Below are positions 50,984 through 62,520 of a DNA stretch of 64,000 nucleotides, one piece after another. The notes beneath the pieces are model-generated. The model was given only the letters and a program-made list of their open reading frames with translations, did not search any database and was not told the origin of the DNA. Positions within the stretch are counted from its first letter, which is position 1; each line of letters opens with the position of its first letter. This DNA is from Malacoraja senta (taxonomy: Eukaryota). A program made the position numbers and the translations under genes. The stretch lies in NCBI GenBank assembly GCA_038087875.1, contig JAXLNO010000462.1:248001-312000 (forward strand). Direction: 5' to 3'.

Positions 50984-51660
50984 CTGAAATAAACAGAGAT
51001 AAATTGACAGTCAGTGGCTTTTTTACATTTCATGGAGTCACAAGTTATTGTAGCATTAGGTCATTCGGCCCATCGAGTCCAATCCTCCATTCATCATGGC
51101 TGATCTTCAAGGCCTTCATAGTAGGAAGATTTCAGTTCAGGAGCAAAGAGGTCCTTCTGCAGTTGTACAGAGCCCTAGTGAGACCACACCTGGAGTATTG
51201 TGTGCAGTTTTGGTCCCCTAAATTGAGGAAGGACATTCTTGCTATTGAGGGAGTGCAGCGTAGGTTCACCAGGTTAATTCCCGGGATGGCGGGACTGTCA
51301 TACGATGAAAGAATGGAGTGACTGGGCTTGTAGTCACTGGAATTTAGAAAGATGAGAGGGGATCTTATTGATACATATAAGATTACTAAAGGATTGTACC
51401 AGCTAGATGCAGGAAACATGCTCCCCGATGTTGGGGGAGTCCAGAACCAGGGGTCACACAGTTTAAGAATAAGGGATAGGCCATTTCGGACTAAAATCAG
51501 GAGAGACTTTTCCACCCAGAGAGTTGTGAATCTGTGGGATTCTCTGCCACAGAAGGCAGTGGAGGCCAATTCACTGGATGTTTTTGAGAGAGTTAGATTT
51601 AGCTCTTAGGGTTAACGGAATCAAGGGATATGGGGAGAAAGCAGGAACGGGGAACTGATT

Positions 51661-53087
51661 GTGGATGCTTTTGACAAGGTGCCACATAAGAGACTATTGC
51701 TAAAAATAAAAAATTATGGGATTGGGGGTAATATATTAGCATGGGTAGAGGATTGGCTAACAAATAGGAAGCAGAGAGTGGGGATAAATGGTTCATACTC
51801 GGGATGGCAACCGGTAACTAGCGGGGTTCCGCAAGGGTCGGTGCTGGGACCCCAGTTGTTCACAATTTATATAAATGATTTGGAGGAGGGAACCAAGTGT
51901 AATATATCAAAATTTGCGGACGATACAAAAATGGGAGGAAAAGTAGGGGATGAGGAGGATAGGAAGAGTCTGCAAAAGGATATAGATAAGCTAGGTGAGT
52001 GGGCAACAACTTGGCAGATGAAATTTAATACTAATAAATGTGAAGTCATTCACTTTGGGAAAAAAAATGATAGGGCAAGTTATTTTCTAAATGAGGTGGA
52101 GCTGCGTTGTAATGCAACGCAAAGGGATCTAGGGGTAGTAGTACATGAATCACTAAAAGTTAGTATGCAGGTGCAGCAAGCAATCAGGAAGGCCAATGGA
52201 GTTTTGGCCTTTATTGCTAGGGGGATTGAGTATAAAAACACGGAGGTCTTGCTGCAGCTGTACACAGTATTAGTGAGACCACATTTGGAATACTGTGTAC
52301 AGTTCTGGGGTCCATACTTAAGAAAGGATGTACTGGCCCTGGAGGCAGTGCAGCGAAGGTTTACAAGATTAATTCCTGCAATGAGGGGATTGACATATGA
52401 GGAAAGGTTAAGTAGGCTGGAACTCTACTCTTTGGAGTTTAGAAGAATGAGAGGCGATCTCATTGAAACATATAAGATCGTGAGGGGCCTTGATCGGGTG
52501 GATGCACCGAGGATGTTCCCAATGATCGGGGAAACTAGAACTAGGGGACATAGTTGTAGAATAAGAGGGGGCTCTTTTAAAACTGAGATGAGGAAGAACT
52601 TCTTCACCCAGAGGGTGGTTAATTTATGGAATTCACTGCCCCAGGGAGCAGTGGAAGCAGAAACATTAAATATATTTAAGTCTAAAATAGATGTTTTTGT
52701 AGCTGCCAAGGGGATAAGGGGCTACGGGGAGAGGGCAGGGATATGGACCTAGGTATGGTTAGTATAGTAAGACCTGAGTGATCTCCTGGACAAGTGTCGA
52801 TCGCCTGGATTGGGGTCGGAGAGGAATTTCCGGATTTTTTTCCCGAATTGGACCTGGGTTTTTATCCGGTTTTTTGCCTCCCCCAGGAGATCACGCGGTT
52901 CTTGGGGTGGAGAGGGGTGATAGCGATATAAAGGGGAGGGTAGTGTCTTGTGTTCTGTGTCTTGTGTCTACTGTTTGTGGGTAAGGGTGTCTGTTTAGTG
53001 TTCAGCCATGAGCGAGTGGCGGTGCGGGCTCGATGGGCCTGGTGGTCTACTCTCGCACCTACTTTCTATGTTTCTATGTTTCTATGA
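51661..53087 (+). mobile_element. Young 5'-truncated CR1 with an open 363-codon RT C-terminal frame and a long 3' UTR, inserted in an older CR1
   Basis: AFDKVPH...KFADDTK...RPHLEYC uninterrupted to the stop at 52752; (TTTCTATG)3 tail. Confidence 0.88.
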
Positions 53088-53209
53088 ATGGCGGTGCTGG
53101 TTCGAAGGGCCAAATGGCCCACTCCTGCACCTATCTTCTATCTTTCTATCTCTACCTCCTAACCCCATTTTTCTTCCTTCCCCCCATAAACCTTGACACA
53201 TGTTCTAAT

Positions 53210-54780
53210 CAGTGACGTGCGGTGAGGTCAATGGCTGGGGAGGCACTGGCTTCTACCCCATCCTAACTTAGTTGTGTGTGTGTGTTGTGTGTGTGTGTTA
53301 GTTGTGTGTGTGTGTGTGTGTGTTAGTTGTGTGTGTGTGTTAGTTGTGTGTGTGTTAGTTGTGTGTATGTGTGTGTGTGTGTGTTAGTTGTGTGTGTGTG
53401 TTAGTTGTGTGTGTGTTAGTTGTGTGTGTATGTATGTGTGTGTGTGTGTGTTAGTTGTGTGTGTGTGTGTGTGTGTGTGTTAGTTGTGTGTATGTTTGCG
53501 TTAGTTGTGTGTGTGTGTTAGTTGTGTGTGTGTGTGTGTGTGTGTTAGTTGTGTGTGTGTGTGTGTGTGTGTATGTGTGCGTTAGTTGTGTGTGTGTGTG
53601 TGTATGTGTGCGTTAGTTGTGTGTGTGTGTTAGTTGTGTGTGTGTGTGTGTCTGTGTGTGTGTGTGTGTGTGTGTTAGTTGTGTGTGTGTGTTAGTTGTG
53701 AGTGTGATGTGTCTGGGAGGAAAGGAGAGAAAGGAGGGAGGGAGAGAAGGGAGGGAGAGGAGGAAGGAGAGAAGGGAGGGAGGGAAGTAGAGAAAGAAGG
53801 GAGGGACGGAAGGGAAAAGAGAGAGAGGAAGAAGAGAGGGAAGGAGAGAAGGGATGGAGGGGGGAAGGAGAGAAACAAGGGAAGGAGAGAAAGAAGGGAG
53901 GGAGGGAGAGAAGGGAGGGAGGGAAGTAGAGAAAGAAGGAAGGAGAGAAGGGAAAAGAGAGAGAGGAAGGAGGGAAGGAGAAAAGGGGAGGGAAGGGAAG
54001 GAGAGAAGGGAGGGAGGGAAGGGAAGGAGAGAAGGGAGGGAGAGGGCCGGCGGCGGGAGTGGATACCGGGGTCCCGAGCCGAGAGTATATTACTCCAGCT
54101 TGGGGCCCAATTTGGAGCTCTCAGCGGCCTAGAGCTTCCGAATCGGCCACTACAAATCAACGAATCAACCTACCAGTCAGCGCCGCCGCTGCTGAAGCTC
54201 GCTAACGTGGAGGGAGAGCGAGGCAGCGTCAATTACGTCAGCCTACGTAATTGACGCTCGCTCTCCCTCTACTGGGCTCAAGGCACGCCCCATTGTGAAG
54301 CAGATGTGATCGCTGCCTCCTGGTGCTTTCTCATTGCAGTTTTCTGAAGAGACCAGCAAGCCTAAGTTTAATATATTTATATGTGAAATACGTTACCTGG
54401 ACTATGGAAGGCGAGGACATGTAATGAAGGGGTTTACACACATTACTTTGGTGACATACAGAGAGATAGTAACAGGCACACGCTTATTGCCCGCGCTCCA
54501 TCCAGTTTCTGAGGGGTTGCGCAATCAGAGGGGAGGCTCAGCTCATCGCTGCCTCTCCTCTCATCTCTCCCTGAATTTGTAGCGGAGCTGCGAAAATTTG
54601 CCGATTTTTACTATAATAGAAATAGAAAAATAGAAATGACATTTATAACACAGATCAGTGGAAAAATCTTAATATTTATTTTATTTTATTATTATTTTTC
54701 TTTACTTTTCTTAACAGCTGTTTCATTGGGAGTTGACAGGTGAGGCTCTGCCTCCCCTCCTCCCTGACCCCAAGTCCCTG
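53210..54780. mobile_element. Non-autonomous hAT element, 8-bp TSD GTTCTAAT, imperfect 18-bp TIRs
   Basis: GTTCTAAT at 53202-53209 and 54781-54788. TIRs CAGTGACGTGCGGTGAGG vs CAGGGACTTGGGGTCAGG. The flanks rejoin into a CR1 3' UTR. Confidence 0.8.
53268..53700. repeat. (GT)n microsatellite punctuated by TTAGTT
   Basis: Direct inspection. Confidence 0.9.
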
Positions 54781-55202
54781 GTTCTAATCAACAATCTATC
54801 TATCTCTGCCTTAAATATATCCACTGACTTGTGGCCTCCACCGCCGTCTGTGGCAACGAATCCCACAGATTCACCACCCTCTGGCGAAAGAAATTCCTCC
54901 TCATCTCCTTCCTAAAGGAACGTCCTTTAATCTAAGGCTGTGACCTCTGGTCCTAGACTCTCCCACTAGTGGAAACATCCTCTCCACATCCACTCTATCC
55001 AGGCCTTTCACTGTTCGGTGAAGTCTCAACACTAAACTAGTGTGTGAACGTGCGATCGCTGGTGGGCACGGACTCAGTGGGCTGAAGGGCCTGTTTCCAT
55101 GCCACATCTCCAACCTAAAACTAAACTGAACGTTTCTTCAGACTGTGTAGTCTTTCCACTGACTGAAAGCTTTTATTGCTTCTATCAGTGCTGGATTCTT
55201 AC

Positions 55203-55323
55203 GGTTCGCTGCCTGGCAGGCAGGCCTTGAAGACGACAACATCAGCAGGTGAACAGTCCGGGTCACAGCAACAGTTCAGTTCACAAAGGGCCACAGTCAA
55301 GTCACAAATGCAGATGGCCATGG
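55203..55323 (-). pseudogene. TCTN3: TCTN3-like exon 2 (121 nt): [40 protein letters not shown]
   Basis: Polypyrimidine tract plus ctag| acceptor and |gtaaga donor. Cys-rich tectonic N-terminal motif. Phase 1 to phase 2. Confidence 0.92.
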
Positions 55324-58124
55324 CTAGAGGAAAAGAGAAGAAATTGAAAAAAATGCCGCATAAGGTCATGGAAACATAGACAATAGGTGCAGGAGTCAGC
55401 CATTCAGCCCCTATCCAATAACCATCATGGCTGATCATCCACAATCAGTACCCCGTTCCTGCCTTCTCCCCCATAACTCTTGTTTCGCTCAGCCCCAAGA
55501 GCTCAATCTAACTCTCTCTTGAAAACATCCAGTGAATCGGCCTCCACTGCCTTCTGTGGCAGAGAATCCCACAGATTCACAACTCTCTGGGTGGAAAGGT
55601 TTCTCTTCATCTCAGTCCTAAATGGCCACAGATTCACAACTCTCTGGGTGGGAAAGTTTCTCATCTCAGTCCTAAATGGCCGACCCCTTATTCTTAAACT
55701 GTGTGTGGATCCTAGTTCTGGACTTCTCCAACATCGGGAACATGTTTCCAGAAAATCTATCCTGTCCAAGAATTTTATCTGTTTCTATAAGATCCTGCCT
55801 GCGTTTGGTCCATATCCCTCCAAACCTAAGTTGCCCCTCAGGTTCCTATTAAATCTTCCACCCCTCCCCCCCCCCCCCCCCCCTCTCACCTTAAACCCAT
55901 GTCCTCTGGTCTCGATTCCCCTACTCTGGGCAAAAGACTCTGTGCGTCTACCTGATCTATTCCTCTGGTGATTTTGTACACCTCTATAAGATCACCCCTC
56001 ATCCTCCTGCGCTCCAAGGAATAGAGTCCCAGCCCTGCCCCAACCACTCCCTGTAGGCTTGGGCCCCTCGAGTCCCGGCAACATCCTCGTAAATCTTCTC
56101 CACGCCCTTTCCAAGCTTGACGACATCTTTCCTGTAACACGGTGCCCAGAACTGAACGCAATACTCTAAATGTGGCCTCACCGACGTCTTGTACAACAGC
56201 AACGTGACCTTTACTCAATAGGTCGTCAGTTCTAGGAGCAGAATTAGGCCATTCGGCCCGTCGAGTCCACTCCTCCATTCAATCATGGCTGATCTATCTC
56301 TCCCTCCTAACCTCGTTCTCCTGGCTTCTCCCCATAACCCCTAACACCCGCACCAATCTACAATCTAGATAGACACAAAATGCTGGAGTTACTCAGTGGG
56401 ACAGGCAGTATCTCTGGAGAAGAATGGGTGACATTTCAGATCGAGACCCTTCTTCAGACTGAGTCCGGGGAGAGGGTTAAGGAGAGGATTTTGAAGATGT
56501 AGAGAGATATAGAACACATCTGTCTCTGCCTTAAAATATATCCACTGACTTATGGCCTCCACCGCCGTCTGTGGCAAAGAATCCCACAGATTCACCACCC
56601 ACTGACTAAAGAAATTCCTCCTCATCTCCTTCCTAAAGGAATGTCCTTTAATTCTGAGGCTGTGCCCTCTGGTCCTAGACTCTCCCACTAGTGGAAACAT
56701 CCTCTCCACATCCACTCTATCCAGGCCTTTCACTATTCGGTGACGTTTCAATGATGTTCCCCCACATTCTTCTAAACCTCCAACGAGGTCACGTTGCTGT
56801 TGTACAAGACGTTGGTGAGGCGGCATTTAGAGTATTGTGTTCAGTTCCGGGAACTGTGTTACAGGAAAGATGTCATCGAGCTTGAAAGGGCGTGAAGAGT
56901 TACGAGGATGTTGCCGGGACTCAAGGGGTCTGAGCTACAGGGAGAGGTCGGGGCAGGGCTGGGACTCAATTCCTTCCATTTTTTCTCTCTCCTTTTCTTG
57001 TCTCTTTCCTTCCCTCCTTTTTTCTCTCCCTTTCTTTCTCCTTTTCTCTCTCCCCTCCTTGCTCGTTCCCCCCTCCTTTCGCTCTTTCCTTCTTTCTCTC
57101 CCCCCTCCTTTAACTCTCTCCCTTCCCTCCTTTCGCTCTCTCCCCTTTCTCTACCTCCCCTCCTTTCTTCCTTTTTTCTCCCGTTCTTTTTTCCCCATCT
57201 GTCCTCTCTTCTTTCCCTCTTTCTTTTCTCCTTCCTTAGTTCCTCACTTTCTTATTTCCTTCCCGTTTTCTTTTTCTTCCTCTCTCTCTTTCCTCCTTTC
57301 TCAACCCTTCTTTTATTCCTTCCTCCCTTTCTCTTTGCCCTTTCTTCTTTTTTCCCCTTTCTCTCTTTTTCCCCCTTTCCCTCCCTTTCTTTATCTCTCC
57401 CCCTTTTTCCTTCCTTTTCCCCTTTCTCTTTTTTCCTTCCCCCTTTCTGTTTCCTTCCTCTCTTATCTTACTTTTTTCCCTTCACTTTTTCTTGTCCCCC
57501 TTTCTTTATCTTTCTTTTTTCCCCTTTCTTTCCTTCCCCCCCCTTTATCTCTCTCTCTTCCTTTTCTTTTTCCTTCTTTCTTCTTCCCCCTTTCTCTCTC
57601 TTCATTTTATTTTTCCCTTTCTTTTTTTCCTTTCTCTTTTTCCCCCTTTCTTCTTCTTCCCCCGTTCTCTCCCTCTTCATTTTCTCCCCTCATTTTCTTC
57701 TTCCCCCTTTCTCTCCCACTTCTTTTCTCTTTTTTCTTTTCCCCTTCTTTCTCTCTTCTTTTTTCTTATTTCCTTTCTTTTCCCCTTTTTCTTCTCCCCC
57801 TTCTCTCTTCATTTTCTCTTTCTCCCTCCTTTCTTCTTCCCCCTTTCTCTCTTTCTTCATTTTCTTTTTCCCTTTCTTTTCTTATTCCCCCTTCCTCTCC
57901 CTCATTTTCTCTTTTTCCCTCCTTTCTTCTTCTTTCTCCTTTCTCTCTCATTTTCTATTTCCTTTCTTTTTTCCTCTTCCTTTCTTCTTCCCCCTTTCTC
58001 TCTTTCTTCATTTTCTCTTCTCTTTCCCTCCTCTCTCTCTGTTCCTTTTCTCCTTTTTTCCTCCTTTCTTTCTTTCTTTTCCCCTTTCTCTCTTGTCTTC
58101 CTCTCCTTTTCTCCCTCCCCCCTT

Positions 58125-58184
58125 CCCTCTCTCCGTCCCCCAGCCCCAGCATCATATTATTATTATTATCAACATCAGCATCAT
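58125..58184 (-). pseudogene. Degenerate first exon (gccATG, MMLMLIIIII-stop; LGLGDGER in another frame; splice donor deleted)
   Basis: Inverted paralogue of 61824-61890 with an (ATA)n expansion and frameshift. The ATG|GTGAGAC donor segment is lost. Confidence 0.55.
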
Positions 58185-58249
58185 GGCGATGGCAGCAGCA
58201 GCGACCCCTCTCCCTCCCCCTCTCCCCGCCTCCCTCCCTCCGTCTGCCC

Positions 58250-59212
58250 GGACCCGCCCCCTTCTACTCGACACCCATTGGTCCAAGCAGACGTCATTCA
58301 TAGGATAATGGTCCCGCCCCCTCTACTCGACACCCCATTGGTCGGTTCAGCCGTCAATCAGAGGACAATAGTCCCGCCCCTACTCCACATCGCATTGGTC
58401 GGTTCAGGCATCAATCAGAGGAGAATGGTCCGGCCCCCTCGACCCGACATCCCATTGGTCGCGTTAGACGTCAATCAGAGCACAATAGTCCCGCCCCCTC
58501 TACTCGACATCCCATTGGTCACTTTAGACGTCAATCAGATGACAATGGTCCCACCCCCTCTACCCGACACCGCATTGGTCGGTTCAGACGTCAACCAGCG
58601 CATAATGGTCCCGCCCCTCTACACCACACCCCATTGGTCGCTTCAGACGTCAGTCAGAGGACAATGGTCCCGCCCCTTCTACTCCACATCCCATTGGTCG
58701 CTTCAGACGTCAGTTAGAGGAAAATGTACCCGCCCCCCCTTGACTCCACACCCCATTGGTCGAAGCATACGCCGTCCCGCCCCCCTGGTCCCTTCTCATT
58801 GGTCGCTCAGACGTCGATCAGAAACACAATTGTCCCGCCGCCCCCTCTACTCGACACCCGATTGGTTGCTGCAGACGCCGTCGATCAGCCGCCCTCGGTC
58901 CCATCACTCACAGGTCGCTCTGGACGTCGTCCCGCCACTCCTACCCCCCCCATTGGTCGAAGACAACATCGTCGCGCCCCTCGGCCCCTCCCCATTGGTC
59001 GCGGCAGACGTCGATCAGGCTCCCTCGTCCCGCCCCCCATCCCTTCACGCTTATAGGTCGCTTCCGACGTCGTCCCGCGCATTGATCGAAGCCCACGTCG
59101 ATCAGCCGACGCTAGTGCCGCCCCTCCCCCTCTGCTCGACGTCCCATTGGCTCCAACGTGTTGCTCCCCGCCCCCCACACCCCGCTCCTATAGGTCGCTC
59201 TGACCGTCAATC
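58250..59212 (-). promoter_or_regulatory. CpG-rich promoter-like array of ~60-bp repeats (GC box + TGACGTCT + CCAAT)
   Basis: About 10 or more degenerate copies of CCCATTGGTCG-TTCAGACGTCAATCAG-..-GTCCCGCCCC, directly upstream of the degenerate exon 1. Confidence 0.65.
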
Positions 59213-59228
59213 ATCCGCCTGTTGACAC

Positions 59229-59272
<44 letters not shown>

Positions 59273-59646
59273 AAGAAAGAGACAGGAAGAAAGAAAGAGA
59301 GAGAAAGAAGAGAACAGAAAAAAAGAGAGAAAGGAAGAGAGAAAAAAGAGAACACAAAAAGAGAGAGAAAGAAACAAAGAGAGCAAGAAAGAAAGAGAGA
59401 TGAGAATAGAAAAGAAAGAAAGAGAGAGGGAGGGAGCAAGAAATAAAGAAAGAGAAGAGAAGAGAAGAGAAAAGAAAGAAAGAGAGAGAGGGAGGGAGCA
59501 AGAAAGAAAGAGAAGAAGAGAAGAGAAAAGAAAGAAAGAGAGAGAGAGAGGGAGCAAGAAAGAAAGAAAAGAGAGAGAAGAGAAGAGAAAAGAAAGAGAG
59601 AGAGAGAGAGGGAGGGAGCAAGAAAGAAAGAAAGAGAGAGAAGAGA

Positions 59647-59704
<58 letters not shown>

Positions 59705-60881
59705 AGCAAGAAAGAAAGAGAGAGAAGAGGAGAAATAAAGAGAGGCAGAACAAGAAATGGAAGAGAGAGAAAAGAGAAAGAGAGAGAGCAAGAAAGAAAG
59801 AGAGAGAGGGGAGAGGGAAAAAAGAGGTGAGAAAAGGAGAGAGAAAAACAGAGAAAGTAAAAGGGAAGAGGGAGAGAGATTTACAGAGAGAAAGAAAAAG
59901 GGAGGCTTCTTAATCCTTGTTCTAAGAATTTCCCGCTTTCCCTCTCTCTCTCTCTCTCTCTCCCTCTCTCCCCCAACTTCATGTCTCCTTGAGATCCAAT
60001 TTTCTATTTCAGAAAGACTCATTCACACAAACTCTGTGCTGCAGTTTAATCCAACGCAACAATTCACACAAATTCAGAAAATAGATACCGGTTTCTTATT
60101 TCTTGTGTTAGAGATTGCAAAATATTATTGAAGATCCTTCTCACCTTCCCTCTCTCTCTCTCTCTCCCACTCTCCCTCCCTCCCACTCTCCCTCCTCCTC
60201 TCTCTCCCACCCTCTCTATCTGACCCTCTCTCCCTCTCTCTCCCTCTCTATCCGACCCTCTCTCTCTCCCTCCCTCCCTCCCTCTCTCTTCCTCCCCCTC
60301 TCTCCGACCCTCTCCGTCTCTTTCGGACCCTCTCTCTCCCTCTCTCTCTCCCTCCCTCCCACTCTTTCTCCCACCCTCTCTATCTGACCCTCTCTCCCTT
60401 TCTCACTCCCTCCCTCTCTCTTCCCCCCCCCTCTTTCTCCGACCCTCTCTCCCTCCCCCCTCCTTGAGAGAGGGAGGGAGAGAGATGTCACTTAAATCTG
60501 TCTTTCGAACGAGGGGAGGGGGGGGCCTCATTGAAACTCCCCAAATAGTGAAGGCCTGGATAGAGTGGATGTGGAGAGGATATTTCCACTAGTGGGAGAG
60601 TCTAGGATGAGAATTAAAGGACGTTCCTTTAGGAAGGAGATTAGGAGGAATTTCTTTAGCCAGAGGGTGGTGAATCTGTGGNNNNNNNNNNNNNNNNNNN
60701 NNNNNNNNNNNNNNNNNNNNNNNNNNNNNNNNNNNNNNNNNNNNNNNNNNNNNNNNNNNNNNNNNNNNNNNNNNNNNNNNNNNNNNNNNNNNNNNNNNNN
60801 NNNNNNNNNNNNNNNNNNNNNNNNNNNNNNNNNNNNNNNNNNNNNNNNNNNNNNNNNNNNNNNNNNNNNNNNNNNNNNNNN

Positions 60882-61730
60882 ATGATTGACGGTCAGAGCG
60901 ACCTATAGGAGCGGCGTAAGGGGGCGGGAGCAACATTTTGGAGCCAATTGGACGTCGAGCAGAGGGGGAGGGGGCGGGACCAGCGTCCACTGATCGACGT
61001 CGGCGTCGACCAATGAAGATGAGCAGGGGGGCGGGACAACGTCGGAACTGACCTGTGAGAGTGAAGGAACGGGGTCGAGGGCGTCTGATCGACGTCTGCA
61101 GCGACCAATGGAGAGGGGCCGGGACGGCGGCTGAAGCGACCAATGGGGGGGGAAGCAGGAGGCGGGACGACGTCCAAAGTGACCTGTAAGAGTGAAGGAG
61201 GGTTTCGGCCCGAAACTTTACCTATTTCCTTCGCTCCATAGATGCTGCTGCACCCGCTGAGTTTCTCCAGCATTTTTGTGTACCTGTAAGAGTGAAGGGA
61301 TCGGGGGCGGGACAAGAGGGCGGCTGATCGACGTCTTCAACGACCAATGAGAGGGTGCGGGACGGCCTCTGTTTGGACCAATGGGGTGTCGAGTAGAGGG
61401 GGCGGGTAGATTTTTGTCTGATTGACGTCTGTAGCGACCAATGGGGTGTCGAGTAGAGGGCGGCGGGTCCATTGTCCACTGATTGTCTTCTGAAACGACC
61501 AATGGAGGAGAGCAGGGGGCGGGCCGGCGGCTGAAGCGACCATTGGGGTGTCGAGTAGAGGGAGGCGGGTCCATTGTGCACTGATTGTCGTCTGAAACGA
61601 CCAATGGAGGAGAGCAGGGGGCGGGCCGGCGGCTGAAGCGACCAATGGGGTGTCGAGTAGAGGGGGCGGGTAGATTGCTCTCTGATTGACGTCTGAGGCG
61701 ACCAATGGGATGTCGGGTAGAGGGGGGTGG
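60882..61730 (+). promoter_or_regulatory. Inverted copy of the CCAAT/CRE-like/GC-box promoter array
   Basis: Repeated GACCAATGGG, GGGGCGGG and TGACGTCT motifs upstream of the 61824 ATG. Confidence 0.65.
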
Positions 61731-61823
61731 GTCGTGGTCCGGGCAGCTGTTGGTGAGGAGGCGGCAGACGGAGGGAGGGAGGTGGGGGAGAAGGGGGGGG
61801 TCGCTGCCGCCGCCATCGCCATA

Positions 61824-61890
61824 ATGATGATGATGTTGCTGCTTCTGCTGCTGGGGCTGGGGCTGGGGCTGGTGGACGGAGAGAGAGATG
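61824..61890 (+). CDS. Putative first coding exon (signal peptide MMMMLLLLLLGLGLGLVDGERD, phase-1 donor) of a sister tectonic-3-like copy
   Basis: ATG cluster downstream of a CCAAT/GC-box array. Hydrophobic Leu core followed by small residues, then G|GTGAGA donor. Phase 1 matches the start of exon 2. Confidence 0.55.
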
Positions 61891-62228
61891 GTGAGACGGG
61901 AGAGGGGAGGGAGAAAAGGAGAGGAAGACAGAGAGAAAAGGGAAAAGAAAAAGAAAGGAGGGGAGAAAAGGAAGAGAGAGAAGGGCGGGGGGAAGAAGAA
62001 AAGGAAAAAAAGAAAGGAAATAGAAAATGAGAGAGAGAAAGAAGAAGAAAGGAGGGAGAAAAGAGAAAATGAAGGAGAGAAAGGGGGAAGCAGAAAGAAA
62101 GGGAAAAAGAAAATGAAGAGGGAGAGAAAGGGGAAAAGAAGAAAAGGGAAAAATGAAGGAAAAGAAAAGGAAGAGAGAAGGGGGGTAAAGAAAGGGGGAA
62201 GAGGAAAGATAAAGAAAGGGGGAAGAGG

Positions 62229-62520
62229 AAAAAATGAAGGGAAAGATAAAGAAAGGGGGAAGAGGAAAAAGTGAAGGGAAAGATAAAGAAAGGGGGAAGA
62301 GGAAAAAGTGAAGGGAAAGATAAAGAAAGGGGGAAGAGGAAAAAGTGAAGGGAAAGATAAAGAAAGGGGGAAGAGGAAAAAGTGAAGGGAAAGATAAAGA
62401 AAGGGGGAAGAGGAAAAAGTGAAGGGAAAGATAAAGAAAGGGGGAAGAGGAAAAAGTGAAGGGAAAGATAAAGAAAGGGGGAAGAGGAAAAAGTGAAGGG
62501 AAAAAAGAAAGGGGGAAGAG
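62229..62520 (+). repeat. 37-bp purine-rich minisatellite (~7-8 copies) inside a 1-kb polypurine tract
   Basis: AAAAAGTGAAGGGAAAGATAAAGAAAGGGGGAAGAGG, with GTG at 62271, 62308, 62345, 62382, 62419, 62456 and 62493. Confidence 0.85.

Larger units (their letters stand above)
7550..58184 (-). pseudogene. TCTN3: Tectonic-3-like gene, apparently pseudogenised. Exons: E1* ~58125-58184, E2 55203-55323, E3 30441-30556, E5* 21438-21533, E6 20631-20749, E7 19235-19261, E8 18593-18673, E9 18207-18329, E10 9113-9204, E11 8718-8819, E13* 7550-7602 (* = damaged)
   Basis: Manual translation of splice-bounded segments gives colinear tectonic motifs ([35 protein letters not shown]). Phases are consistent for E2-E3 and E6-E11. 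Resemblance to recalled human TCTN3 (FCLPGS, CVDNSVIFRSNS, GFLESKSTTCTR, GNGSC) is stronger than to TCTN1. Several exons are disrupted or missing. Confidence 0.8.

Noticed and set aside
58300..58620. 20-aa repeat peptide (VPPPLLDTPLVGSDVNQRT) from the 60-bp array on the + strand
   Set aside because: Unit length varies and the frame breaks. The conserved positions correspond to DNA motifs (CCAAT, GC box, GACGTCA) rather than a codon pattern.
58250..59212. CRISPR-like appearance of regularly spaced repeats (also the 57-bp arrays)
   Set aside because: Eukaryotic context, tandem degenerate units without unique spacers, and no cas genes.
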